Origin: Octopus bimaculoides
Taxonomy: Eukaryota
Length of the DNA stretch: 63,537 bases
Reading direction: 5' to 3'
Assembly (NCBI RefSeq): GCF_001194135.2
Contig: NC_068997.1
Span: forward strand, 6,775,387 to 6,838,923
Below the pieces are notes generated by a model. It had not been told where the DNA came from and did not search any database. It saw only the letters and a list, made by a program, of their open reading frames with translations. The position numbers were made by a program, and so were the translations under genes. This document shows, piece by piece, positions 32,953 to 47,600 of the stretch; position 1 is the stretch's first letter, and each line of letters begins with the position of its first letter.

Positions 32953-34294
32953 ACACAGACATGATATTAGTATTTGCTGTTGATGTAATAAGAGCTGTAA
33001 AATGGATATAAATTTGCGCTCGAATTTTGATTCTGGTTGTTGTTACAAACGATAGCAACTAACTCAGTGATATTATTTACCTTTCCCATCTCTTTCATAG
33101 AAGTCCCATAAAGAATTTGGATTTAAGTCGTGTGCCTTCGTAGATATGGAAGATAAATCACATTTTCGGTTCGTCGGTTTATATTCGAAAGAATTACATT
33201 CTTTAGTTGAAAGACATCCATTGGCACATCCTTCCAATGACACGTTATTTATTCTGCCCAAATCATCAAATCCTTTCACAGATCTGTTCGGATACATCTT
33301 AAAGTATTTTAAGGCTGGAAAATATTTCAATATTGGAAAGCATTTTAATATTCAACAAGTGCGAAAATTAAAGGATTTATCCAAAGCAGAGACTTGAAAA
33401 GGTTTACATAGTGAAAGTATTATTTAAGTAAGTCAGAAATTCAAAAACTCTATACGTGTTCTGTTATTGTGTATGTCCTGTAAACCTTATTGGCACAAAT
33501 GAAACCGTTGTCTTCGTCTGGTTTGTAAAGAGTATTACAGCAATGAGGTAAGAACAGATTTTTAACCTTCGTAAAATTGGATTGAAATGGTTTAACAGAC
33601 GACTGAAACGCAATCTAAAATAATAAACTTAATTTACAATACAGAAGTATCATTTGTAATGAAATTTAGTTTAAAGAACAGAAGTGTTTGCTTAGTTGAT
33701 GTAAGGTAAACAAAATATTTATTCCTGGTTTTATTAAAAGATATCAACTAAGCAATAGCTTTTTGCTGTTTTAGGGTATTACGTGTGTATGTATACTCCG
33801 ATTTAAAGCGACATTTATTGACTGAAAAATGATGAGCAACTCCAACTGGAATCGAACCCACATATCAACGCTAACATGGCTCCTTGTGCATCCGATTGAG
33901 CCAGAACACTAAACCATAAATTTCAGTCAAATTTTATGTGTTAAACCGTATTGTTTACGTAAATGTCGCTTTAAATCGGTGTATATATATATATTTATCA
34001 TGCTATATGACTATATAGTTATTATTGTATAAAAGACTTTAGTAGCCACTTTTTCTCCGTAACTTATCAAGTCTCCGGGTTTGTTTACAAATATTATATG
34101 TAGTACTTGACAGTTTAAGCATCTATACATAAAATTTGACTGAAATTTGTGGGTGAGTGTTCTGGCTCAATTGGATGCGTAAGGAACCGTGTTAGCGTTG
34201 ATATGTGGGTTCGGTTTTTGTCGGAGTTAGCTCATCATTTTTCAGCTAATTGTTTAGATAAATGTCCCTTTAAATCGGAGTATATTATTATTAT

Positions 34295-34325
<31 letters not shown>

Positions 34326-35042
34326 TTCAACAAAGCATTGTCTTCTGACAGAAATGCAGAAGAAATAAATCTCAACGTGACACATAAACAGTAGAATGTA
34401 ATGACTATGGTCACATGGTTACCACGAGTGCAAGAAATATGTTACTGTTAAAGAATTACTTACTTCCGTTTGGACTGGCTAACGTTCTGCCATTGGAACT
34501 AAAGTTCTTGGAATCAAGGTAACCATACTGTAGTAACATGGTGCATACTTCAGAAGCTCGTTGTTTCACCAGTTCGAAGTAATTGCTACTGTCATTGAAA
34601 CAGGGCTGCAATGGAAAACAGTTTTTAATAGATTTACTGAGTTAGTTAGGGTGTGAGTAGGTAATTGAATTAAGAATGGTTTACAAATGAATATGTTGAG
34701 TAGCTGGAAGAATCTAGAAAGAAATAGACATACAGAATGATCTGGCTTAAAAGACACAACTGCATCGGTTGTGAATAAGGCTGCGGAATTTTACAAGAAA
34801 GGTAGACAATGCGTGAATTGTAATGTGAGAAAAACAGGTCGTTTATATAATGACATGATCAAGTTGAAACGATGATCAACAACTATTAACCATCTCTGTC
34901 TATTGAAACAATAACTAGAGATTTAATACGTTAAAGATCGTCTTGATTCTAACGAGTAGAAGTTTCCATCTTCATGTGTAATTTGAATATTAAAAATACA
35001 GCTGAGAAGTATTTTCCAATAACGATAAGAAATATGATATTT

Positions 35043-35084
<42 letters not shown>

Positions 35085-38000
35085 CCACTTCACAGCTAGT
35101 TATATAGAAATATATATATTAGTTAATTAAACTTCGGCATTGTCGGATTGTTGGATGAAATGAGTGAACTTGCAATTAAACAACTGAGATTGGTCAATAG
35201 AGACGGGCCAATTCTCTTGCAAGACAATGCTCGACCACATGTTGCACAAAGAACACCACTTAAGTTACAGGAACTGAACTTGGAAGTACTCTGTCATTCA
35301 CCAGACCTTGCACCAACTGACTATCATGTTTTCCATGTATTAGACAAATTTTTGCAAGGAAAAACTTCAAATCTGAAGAAGATACAAAAACAGCCTTTCG
35401 TGATTTCATCACCACTTGCTCTCCAGAATTTTTTGCTGCCGGCATAATTAAGCTACCGATAAAATGGCAAAATTGTGTTGATAATTTAGGTGTATACTTT
35501 GATTAACTGCATTGTTTTTTGTTGAGATAAACTTTCAGTTCAAAATCGGACATTTCATTCTTAACGACCTGATAATTAGAAATAATTATTCGGTGAGGAA
35601 AAGTCGACATTACCTACAAATTTATTTAAAGATTAAATGAATATTATTCCAGTCATTTCGAAAAGTACGATGGTCAACTTGGGACATGTTTCGATCCTAT
35701 ATTAGTCATCGTCAACAAATCGTATATATATATTTAATTACGGAAATAAACAGACTGTTTTAAAACTTAACATTTGTACACAATCTATGATGCATTAATT
35801 AAGTCGTTGTATACTATAAGCACAGAATATATTATTTGACTTGTTATTATCGTCATAAAAAAAATGAACAAAAATTTTTAATTCATTTTCAATGTACAAA
35901 ATTATAGAAATATGACATAAAAATTACCTGCACATTGCAGAGTTGGCCGCGAATTGACTGGCCTTTGCACCATTCTGTATTGACTGGCCTCCATTAAAAA
36001 TGTTAGAAAATGCAGAAAATTCAAGATAAGTAAAATTCATATCATTCTGTTCTGTAAAGTTCAAACGGTGTAAACATTAAGAGATCATAAAATTGTTATT
36101 AGGACAATTCATTACCTTAGAATTTAAATCCACATTTTTTTAAACCTCTAATCTAAAATAAAGCCAATTAAAACAGATATGAGAAATAACCATCAAGAAA
36201 TTCTCCCAAATATGATTAAAATGGTAACCAAACTCTAACAATGGAAGAACTAATTCTTCCCCCTTCTCGTATCTCTCAGTTTCTACTGTTTAGCACCGGA
36301 GACTTCATCAGAAGATACAATAGCATCAAATGTACAAACAGAGAAATTATTATTCATGCAAGAACGATGAAATGAAGCTTCTGTCTGGAGGAATAAAAAT
36401 CAAATCTTACAGTCTCATTTGATGTCGGTGTGAGATCGTTTAATAACATAGATATATGTCACATTGTTGAGTTAAATGTATAAACAATTACATACGAATT
36501 TCTTTACGTCAAATAAATCATTAAATACAAATAACGGACTGTTGTACCTGTATACACCAACAGGTAAACATAAAGGTACTTGTAGAAGAAAGTTCAGTCT
36601 TTTAGAAAAGAGTTCATATTCAATATAAATCAGTATTGTCTTAAAAGTTCATTCTCACTTCTTACTTATGAAGACTTCGTTTTAATCAATACATTTAAAG
36701 GCTATTTGGCCACCTTTTTGCATCATTTAATTTGCATTAAAAAATCATGATGGTAAATGGATCTTTTTACTAAATATATATTTCTGTTTTCCTTTTATAT
36801 TTTTATTTTCTTTCGTTAGGACATACCTTGGATTATCACATCTCCGTGTTGATATTCTGACTCCAGCACCACACGATCTACTACAATCAGTGTAAGGACT
36901 CCACTCACTCCACCCTCCACTTACAACTAATATAGGAACCCAGAGATTAGTTTCAGTAAGGTTTTCACATCTCATGTCAAAACGGCAGACCTACAAAATA
37001 ACCAATAAAGAAATTAGTCAAAAACGATATTTTAGAAGGTAACTTGGCCAGCTAATAGATTTTTATAAACTATGGCAAGTTCTTATACTAAAATTACCAA
37101 AATAATAGAATGATAAACATTGACTTTTTCATAAGGATTCAAAACCACAAACTTGAGGGAGAGGATTTAATCGACTGATACTTATTTTATCGATAACGAA
37201 AGCGTGAAAAGCAAATAAGACCTTGGTGACATTCGAACTCAGAACGTAAGGGATGCAACTAAATACCACTACATTCTCTGACACCTAATTGATTCTATCA
37301 ATCTATGGCACTGGACTGCAGCCATGCTGGAGCACTGCAATGCTTTGGGGTAACTATTTTTTTAAGCACAAAGCCTTCAAAGTTGGGGTCGATTACAACA
37401 TGTCCTCATTGTCACTGGAAAGGATTTGGGCGCGAATGGTACACAAAAGGCTGAATATTCTTTTCTACTCTAGGCACAAAGCCCGACATTTTGGGGGAGG
37501 GGGCTAGTCGATTCGATCGACTCCAGTACGCAAATGGTACTTAATTTATCGACCCCGAAAGGATGAAAGACAAAGTTGACCTCGGTGGAATTTTTATAAG
37601 TCAACGCCACATTCTACTGCATTAGCAATGCACTTTACATTATTTTGTTAAGATTATTTCAACAGAAATATTAGTGAGCGCTGATTCTTGCTTCAACGTC
37701 TCGATACGAAACGTTGTAGCAAAAATCAGTGCTGGATAATATTTCTGTAGAAATAACCTCAACAAAATAATTTAAGAAAGCAATTGTAGTTGGTATTAGT
37801 ATTGCTACAACTGCTGTTTCTAGTACAATTTCTGTTCCTTAAAATTGTCTGTTCTTGTACCATTTCAATCAAGCCTATTTACCATTCTCATTTTCATCCT
37901 ATTAAGAGAATTTCCTCGTTTGGCCGCTCATATCAACACATTTCAAACCATTTTGTACAAAGACAGTTCAACACTCCTACCAATCACCAGACTTTCAAAT

Positions 38001-41000
38001 ACTTGGTAATTCTTCGAGATAATACAATAAAAGCAAAACTAATTAGAAATAAAGTATACGAATTATGTCAATTTGTTGTGGGAAGAGGAAATGACTTTAT
38101 AATGAAGAGTCTTACTGAAAGCTTAAATACTTCCTCTCGTAATAGATACGCCAGTGTTTGTTTCTATTAACTAATTAGAGTTTGCCTCTATTCCAAACAA
38201 GTGTACTAATTGTCCTTTACTCTTGTAGATGGTGAAATGTACAGAGATATCATTTATTAAGGAAGAAAGCTTTACGGATATAATCATATATACCCCATCG
38301 TTGTTCCGTAGCTAATCTGATAGCCTACCAATCATCTTCAGAAAACTGCGTTGGAGAAAATTGATACAGAAATGCTGAAAAACGTAAGACCGATACAAAC
38401 GGTCGTTCATAAGTGTCTGACTGGCAAACACAGATGCGCAGCTCATTGACTTGGTTATCTTACAGGAAATGTTTTGCAGTTAAAGGACAAAGTAAATATT
38501 TCGCTAAGTAACCAAATAAAAAGAAATGAACTTTTAGAGCCAACATGTCTGACTATATTTTATTTCTAAGATATTGTTGTGATATATGTCATTGAATATT
38601 AGTTAATATCAAAGTAATAGGCAAAAGTCAGCTTACTTTTCCTTGACCACAATAAAGCCCATCCAAGCCGTGGTTGTTAACCTTCAGGACGCCATAATCA
38701 GAGCCAGGCAGTAAAATAGCACAAGACTGAATCCCACAAACCTGTAAAGTAATTTTAGAAAAAAGGATCCATACAATAACTAAAATATAAAATTGAAAAG
38801 TGATAAGAGACAAAGTTTATATGACATCAATATTTAACGTGGTGTTACTTACATGTGCAGGATAGAGGGGGATGTATTGGAAACGTTCTCCAAACCTCTG
38901 CTGACACAACACATCAGAACTTTCATACATTGCTGTGAATTAAAAAAAGAAGAAAAAACCCAACGATATATGAAATAAAAACAGTCCGAAGTATGATAAA
39001 ACGTATTGGTTTAGGTGAAATTACTTGCTGTATTTTGTTTGAAATGCACTGGACTTTGATGTAGAGCAAACTGAATCGACCAACCCGAATAGAAAACTAT
39101 AGCCATTGAATTATATTGTAGTATAGAAAACCCACCGCGTAATTTTGCTGAATTTAGTGATTTATAAATTTTACCTGGAAGCAGGCCATAGCCGTTCGTA
39201 TTGAGAACATCTTTGGTTGAGTTAACGTTTTTGTTTTCCGGAATGAAAACATTCACTGTCTTTAAGCATTTGCCTTTGCCACTGAAATGAAGACACCAAA
39301 ATTGCAATCTGTTTTATTTATTTACATTAGAAAATAATGTGAGTGTGTTTGTGTGTGTGTGCGTGTATGTGTGTATGTGTTTTAATGAAAGGAAACTAAC
39401 TATGCGTAGACTGCTTTGTGTAATATTCTGTTGAGTTGAGACTAGTTTTGACTAACTTGTCATGAGGAAATTTTTAAAGTCTTCAAAGTTTACTTAATAC
39501 AAACTTTATTAACATATTAATGTAAATTGTGGAATATAATTCTTAAAAAATATCTCTCACGTGGCGTAAATAATTGCAAAAGTTAATTTAATAATGTGAT
39601 TAAAAACTATTTGATAATTATCCGAGTCAATTCTATGATTTATCAGTCACTCTGGTCAATCTGGTCACTAATGACGCCAACCTCGACACTGCTACAAATT
39701 ATCCCGAGCAGCTGAAAAAAACAAGGCTTTTGAAAAGGGATTACACACCAGAGCAAATATACACTGTTAATAAAACTTCAATTTTCCAGAGGCTCATGTT
39801 GGTCGAACTTTTATTTATTCGAAATTTCAAGCTTTTAAAGCTCATTCTTTTTTGTATCCTTACATTTCATCTCTTTCTATGTTTTTACCCTTGTTTTGTC
39901 TGTGGTTTGCAATTTCAATTTTTCTTTACAATTTCCTTTTGTTTTCTCTTCCATATATTTCTACTCCTCACCTGCCCTCCTTAGTGACCCCTATCCACGT
40001 CTTTATTTTCTTAAAACAGCGTCTTATGTCTTATGCTCCTTTCTTTTCTATCTTCTAAAGGACATTGTCTTAAATGCTAGATATATCGTCTCCCTATCCC
40101 ATAATGACTTAACTTAATATTCTGGGGTTTTTTTTTCGTATCCTGAGCATTATCTTGATAAACATTTTAGATGTCTCATCATGAATGTATGCATTTTTTT
40201 TTACCTATTTGCATCCATGTTCCCGATCCGTACAGTAGGACGAACAATAATATTGTTCGGTATACTTTGTACTTCACCTGGACCATCACATACCTGTTGT
40301 TCTACAATCATACCCTCAGCCTTCCAAATCCCGAGATGCTGTTGGTCATCTTTTGCCATCGTTAGTGATTGAACTGCTCGCACAAGTAAGCTGTCTCACT
40401 TCTATCAGCTTCCACCCGTTGGCAAAACTAGGCCTAGGTCGTACCACCTGGCTCGCGTCAGAACTGAGTTCATAAAGAACTTTAGTTTTCTGGACGTTAG
40501 TATTCATGCTAATATTGTGGCGGTGCCACCCAAAACATCCTCCACATTCTGAATGTCATCTAAAACAGATCATGAATAGTACCCGGAATGACATCAAGGG
40601 TATAATCACCCTAAAGAAAGTCAATTTTACTAGAATGGAAGAGATATTGATGCAGTAAAACCTCCGCAGGTTTGAAAATATCCAAAGAATGGGAAAAAAA
40701 GCTTCGGTCACCAAAACAGTCTACTCATTGTTGGTTAGGGGTACAGAGACCTCCCTACCCAGGCCGAGACACAAAATGTGGTTAAGCATAAGAAGATTAA
40801 ACATCCACAGCCTCAAATGGACTGCAGCAACTAAAGACAGAAACCCAAAGAGGAGAGCAATTCACTTTTGGTACAATGAGTCACGAATTTGCATATGGGC
40901 GGCAACCATCGTTGACCATCGATGGATTGTGTAGAGATGTGACTATTAATATTTACTGGAACAAGATGAAAAGTGTGTTTAGTCTATGATCAGAAATAAT

Positions 41001-41985
41001 GACAAACTGTTGGGAAATAAAAAAAAAGTCGTAGACATACAAAGTTGAAAATGTCTCCTGGCAACAAATTAATATCAAAATGGTTACCTTTTCAGCCAGC
41101 GTCGTAAATGCCTTGAGGAACATTGACTCCAGCCAGTCTTACGTGATCCCATCAATCCAGAACTTTCTTGAGTCATGTTACCACAGTGTGTCATTGCATC
41201 ATGCGGGATACCAAGACTGGATACCAAAAGAAAAACAATATTCCCTTTAATCGTAACAAAGTAAATATTTTGTAGGGAGTTTCTTTGTTTTCAGGGTCCC
41301 GTGAAGTTGGGTTCGTCAAATATTTTGATTCCATAATGATGTGAGCAAAGCAAGACTCAAGAATATTGTACATTAATAGAAGAAGAACGATAAACAGGAA
41401 ATGTATATGAGGCATGGTTTGTATCATCATCGCATTCACCGCTTTTGCTCCCAAAAAGCACTTTTTGACCTGGAAAACACATTCTTCTAACAACAAATAT
41501 GTTTTTCACTTCTAAAGGGTCTGGAAACAAAGAAGCACTATATATGGAATAAAATCGAAAGCTGAGGAAAGTAGTGATGATCTGCATCAGCAATAGTCGT
41601 TTTTAATTAATAAATTAATTAATCAATGGATAAGTTCACATGAGATTTCAATGAGTTTAGTTTTTACGAAGAGGGAATTTAAAATTTTCAGATCTTGTTT
41701 CTCATCTGTGAATGAGACGTATAGAGTATATAAAAACCGAAAGGGAAAACGTCGTGATCATGATAACCACCTCATTACAATCTTAAACAACTTGAAAGCC
41801 TGTTTCGCGACCTGCTCAAAATAATATTAAAAAAAAATCTCTCTCAAATGATATTCTAGAACCTTTAAAAAAAAAAAAGGAGAAGCATTGGATAATGTGG
41901 TTGAATCTATACAATGTCTGATTAAATTACGGCATGACCAAGTCGATAATGGCTCTGATCATAAAGATTTACTCGGGGGTTGGAT

Positions 41986-42017
<32 letters not shown>

Positions 42018-43644
42018 AATCATCATCATCATCATCATCATCAATACCACCAACAACAACGAACTTTCTTAAGCACATAATTAGAATGTAAAATAAGTGA
42101 ATAAGTAAATAATTGCGCAATCATATGAATGAAAGTATTAAGTTTCAACTAAAATGGAGCCTGCGTTTATAATTCTGTCAACATACAATATTTGCCGATC
42201 TCAAGGCTTTTTCTTCCACATTAGTTAGGACATGACCAAGTATTCGTTATCAATGATATACAATTTTGGCCAACAAGCTCAGAAAGCATAATTGCGACAA
42301 AAATTACAGATTCAAGCAATTCCTAGTCAGAGTTATGTGAAAATAAGGATTCGAATAACAGATGGAAAAAGATTTAGCAACCGAAATGTCACGTATGCTC
42401 AACAGAACCGGAAACGGGTAATTGTTTATGTCGTAGGAGTTAAAGAAAAATCTGTTTGCTCGGTGACAGGATGACAGTTAATTTAGTAAATATCACTGCG
42501 TGCTAAAAATGGGATTTTTATCGGATGAGTAATGATTGTCAGGACAATTAAACCTAAATATTACTGAAGATATAACTAACTAGAAATAAATTTCATAGAC
42601 CTTTTTGCCAGTAAAATTTTAAAATCATTGTAAAAATAATTCAATTGTAAAAGTTATAATTTCGAGAATTTAGGTTCAGTCTTTTCAAACCGAAGCTACA
42701 CTGCTGCAGATATCTGTCCATGGAAGTTATTTTGTAACAGTTTGCTTTTAAATGCCATTAATACTATTTAAAGAATATAGAACTTTTGGAAAACTTTTCT
42801 TGACCGCAAATTCTTTATTTTGTCCCACAGTCGTTATAATCCTTCTTAGAGTCATTATTGTGGGTTTTTTAAAAGGCTTTCCATCCCAACAAACCATAAA
42901 CATTATCATTCTGTTTGTCCCGATATGTATTCGAGTGTTATGCGTTTTAGTAATTGTAACATTCGAAATCTTTAAACATAATGAAATAAATTCAAGTGTT
43001 ACGCTTTCAACAACCTAAACTTTACAACAAAATCGAAGACAATGTCGAAGTCTTCAACATAATAAAATAATGTAATAAAAATCAGTAAATTTGTACAGCA
43101 AAAGAAAAAGAAGCCAAGTTTATAAGGAAATAGAATAAAATATCAAATATCAACAGAGACTGAGCTTTATCTTTTACTTGGCACACCAAATGATATCTGT
43201 TTAAGACTTGAGTTTTGAATAATAACATTTACAATTAAAAAAATCGAAGCAGTCCTTCGGAGATGGTATCACAAGCGTGTAAATGAAAGTTGTTCTGTTT
43301 TAGCTATTCATTCGACAATTTCTGTAAAAATTTTTTATTTCCTCAATTTTTTTTAGCTCACACACAGACCTATACATACATACACAAACGTACATACGTG
43401 CACAGAAACACATACACATACTTACATACACAAATATACATACATATATGTATATATAACTCTTCGAAACGCCAGTGTTATAATAGTGGCAGCTGATGAA
43501 GGATATGTTCTCTATGTGGCCTGTGTGTTTTTTGTACCTTGTTTATAATTTTGTCCATGTTTTTTTGCAACGTCATGTACTCAGATATGCATCTATATAT
43601 ACATGTAGATGAAGGTATGTACATATATATGCATATACTCATAT

Positions 43645-43675
<31 letters not shown>

Positions 43676-43775
43676 NNNNNNNNNNNNNNNNNNNNNNNNN
43701 NNNNNNNNNNNNNNNNNNNNNNNNNNNNNNNNNNNNNNNNNNNNNNNNNNATATATATATATATATATACATATA

Positions 43776-43810
<35 letters not shown>

Positions 43811-44340
43811 TATATGTGAGTGTGTGTTCGAGTGTGCGGCTGTTCAACTCGATCGTGGACATAAAAGACAAGGTGTGTGTGTGTGCATGCGTGCGTGCGT
43901 GCGTGTGACCATGTGTTTCACTGTCCAGCTGAAAAAGTAAAGAAATTTTTAAAATTACGGAAATTGCCGAATATATAGATAAAACATAAGGATTTTCATT
44001 TTCGTGATACTATCTCCGAAGGAATACCAATATCGAATGACTTGTATATTTATTATATATTCTTTATCTCAGCCCTCCAAACACAAAAGGGATGAAAACT
44101 TACTTATGTGCGAGCTCATGACTTAATGTATTCCGAGATAACCACTCCCAAGATCTTGACAGCGAGCATTTTGCTGGTGTACAAGCTGCAGCTGACATTG
44201 AGAGTCCAAGTGCAAAACTACCCCGGACTCTGTGAAATAAAACGAGAAACAATCATTCATTAAATACAATCAAATGTTATTGATTGTCAGTAAAAATATT
44301 TGTCAACAAATACTAAAGAAAAACTCTATATCATGTCTCC

Positions 44341-44375
<35 letters not shown>

Positions 44376-44637
44376 GCTCTNNNNNNNNNNNNNNNNNNNN
44401 NNNNNNNNNNNNNNNNNNNNNNNNNNNNNNNNNNNNNNNNNNNNNNNNNNNNNNNNNNNNNNNNNNNNNNNNNNNNNNNNNNNNNNNNNNNNNNNNNNNN
44501 NNNNNNNNNNNNNNNNNNNNNNNNNNNNNNNNNNNNNNNNNNNNNNNNNNNNNNNNNNNNNNNNNNNNNNNNNNNNNNNNNNNNNNNNNNNNNNNNNNNN
44601 NNNNNNNNNNNNNNNNNNNNNNNNNNNNNNNNNNNNN

Positions 44638-44686
<49 letters not shown>

Positions 44687-47600
44687 ACCTGATATAATAA
44701 TAGTCTATATTTGTTTATGGAAAAGGACACGGCAAAATGAATAAAACATTCGAAAGAGTCTTGCTGATGTCAAATCAATTTGTAAAAGAAATTCTTTAGG
44801 TGCTCGACTTAGTTTTTTTTTTTTACATAATTCTATTCACGAAGCTAGCATTTAACATGTTAAATACGTCCTTGTACGAATAAAAGCCGAGGGTGACCTT
44901 ATCGGAATTTGATAAAACGTAACTCAATACGGCAGACATGTTGTCAGGCATTCTAACATTTCTACCGATCTACAGTCAAAAAGTAAGTTTTTGATGGAAG
45001 ATTTTGTCCATATTAAGAGCAGTTGTTCTTTGAAAAAATATTGAGACATTGAGTATTTTATATTAAGCAATTAAAAATATTAACGTGATCAAAATATTAA
45101 CGTGATCAAAAAAATTAACGTGATCAAAGCAAAAATTATATTTACCCGCTCACAATATGTATATGGTCGGCAGACAGACTTCTCTGGTTTGCCCACGTGC
45201 AAGCCTTAGCCAATCTTTGTCTCAATGTCGACACACTTCCAATCTATTAAATACGAAGAATATTTCGAGGCGATATTTTGACTCGCTGACTTTTTAAAAA
45301 GAAAATGAAAATCAATAACCAATTAGCTTGAAACAAAATATTTGTAAATGTCTTTTTTTTTTGTATCGGATAGTTAAATTAAAACCAAATAGAAGCTCTC
45401 ATTACAATGGTCACGAAATTGATTAAATTAATTAAACCATTGAATAAAATACAAATTATTTCTCTATAGAGTCGGTTCTTCATAGCTATAATTACTTGCA
45501 GACATTATTTCAAAATGTACTAAGAGCTTTTGTAGTTGCACATTTCAAAGCCAGAATAAGACGTAAGAGATGATATTGAAGATTTTATTACCTGATTTGT
45601 CTTCCAAAAGAATATGTTAACTAATAAGAACTTCACAGAATAATTTAATTCGTTTTCTTTCAGGAATTCATATTGAACCTGGAATATTAAACATTGAAGT
45701 TGATTTGAAAACAGAAAGAACAACGGATGTCTAGCAGTTACAATCACTTGTTTTTACCGAAGTCATCTTAATTATATTTGTCATGGCTATATTTCGTCCC
45801 TTTTCAATCCTCACAGGGTCCCGTCCTTTAAGAAACACCGTTCTACGCTAACTGCAATGTAGCATAGATTTACAAACGACCATATCTGCTAAGGTCCACT
45901 GCTAAAACAAAATATTCCCTACACCTGGCATGAAGTTACGTCATTGACTCAAATTAATGACTTTCATAAGAATTCGTAATAGGACGGGGCTGAAATTCTA
46001 CTTTTAAAATTGGGCTGTTAATAGTTTATTCTAGGAAAGCATCTTTAAATTTTTAGAAAACTCCGAAGTCGAATTTTAGAGCAGAAAATTAACAAAGTTT
46101 CAGAAAAGGCTTACGGTATTCCAAGTCGTAATAATGTATTGTAGTTTTTGGAGGAATGTTTTAGCTTGCATCACTTCTTCCATGTATTTATACATATATT
46201 CATCATATACAAGAGCCATCTCTATACTAAGTCTCTCCTTGGGTTGTTCAATACTTTGGACTTGTTTCAGAACTTCACATAAGAAACAGAAGTGGAAATA
46301 CGAAAATAATATTTCTTGTCATCAATTAAACAAGTAATTTGGACAAAATACACAAATATTTTAATATCATATTATTATATTATCATATACAATATTACCT
46401 CTATGTTCAAAATTTACTAAAACCTTTATAAACACTAAATTGTTTGTTGGCACTCCGTCGCTTACGACGTCGAGGGTTCCAGTTGATCCGATCAATGGAA
46501 CAGCCAGCTCGTGAAATTAACGTGCAAGTGGCTGAGCACTCCACAGACACGTGTACCCTTAACGTAGTTCTCGGGGATATTCAGCGTGACACAGTGTGAC
46601 AAGGCTGACCCTTTGAATTACAGGCACAACAGAAACAGGAAGTAAGAGTGTGAGAAAGTTGTGGTGAAAGAGTACAGCAGGGTTCGCCACCATCCCCTGC
46701 CGGAGCCTCGTGGAGCTTTAGGTGTTTTCGCTCAATAAACACTCACAGAGCCCGGTCTGGGAATCGAAACCGCGATCTTATGACCGCGAGTCCGCTGCCC
46801 TAACCACTGGGCCATTGCGCCTCCACAAACACTAAATGTTGTGTGTCAAATACTTATTCTTTTTGTCTGCATTTTTGTATGTCGGATCGTCTCTGTTTTC
46901 CAACCATGTTGGATTTCTCTGTTTTCCAACCGAACTGTTTTCTTGTTTGCGTATCAACCTTCAATTTGACTGGGTAACTTATCATTTCAATAAATGCCAC
47001 GCATAAGACCACATTAATTGCAAGTCATTTTAATCTTAATGTCTTTGGCTACAGTATTTACAGACCTCTGAAATGCTGCAGCTTGAGCATTTTACAAATT
47101 TCAAGTTTCTTGTAGCTCATAATGAAATCTGACAAAATGAATCTGAGTTTGACTAAACCGAGATTCGATTTTGCCATTGTCAGTTTTAACTCGAGAAAAG
47201 ATACCTAAAACAAATTAACTGTTTTATTAAACCTAATAATTTAGCTTACCATTCTCCCAAAGGACTCCGGATTGTCTGGTTGCAAGAAGATATTGACCTG
47301 GTCTACAGTTTGGTTCTGATGGTAATACTTGGTAATCAGTTCCATTAGTAGTAATTATTCCACGCTAAAAGTTTTTGGAAAAGATGTTATCTAGTTGTAT
47401 TAACAATAAAGTTTTGTTTCTGTAATATTATTGGTTGGCTATTTGTTTTAACACAGAAAAGCAATCAAAATTATCTAAATTATGGAAATTCTTAATAAGC
47501 ACTCAACCGAACCCTGATTTCATATCGCTGAGGAAAATAGGCTGTAAAGGGAACACGCTAAATGCCACTCTTTAAAATTTAACTTTTGGTCCTGACCGAA

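Noticed and set aside
33840-33910. tRNA gene call for the A/B-box-like segment
   Set aside because: No convincing cloverleaf or acceptor stem; it lies inside a TIR-bounded repeat.
41191-41593. Minus-strand ORFs, one with ESCFAH and one faintly transposase-like
   Set aside because: The true HExxH exon is at 44104-44229; no convincing motif or splice sites here.
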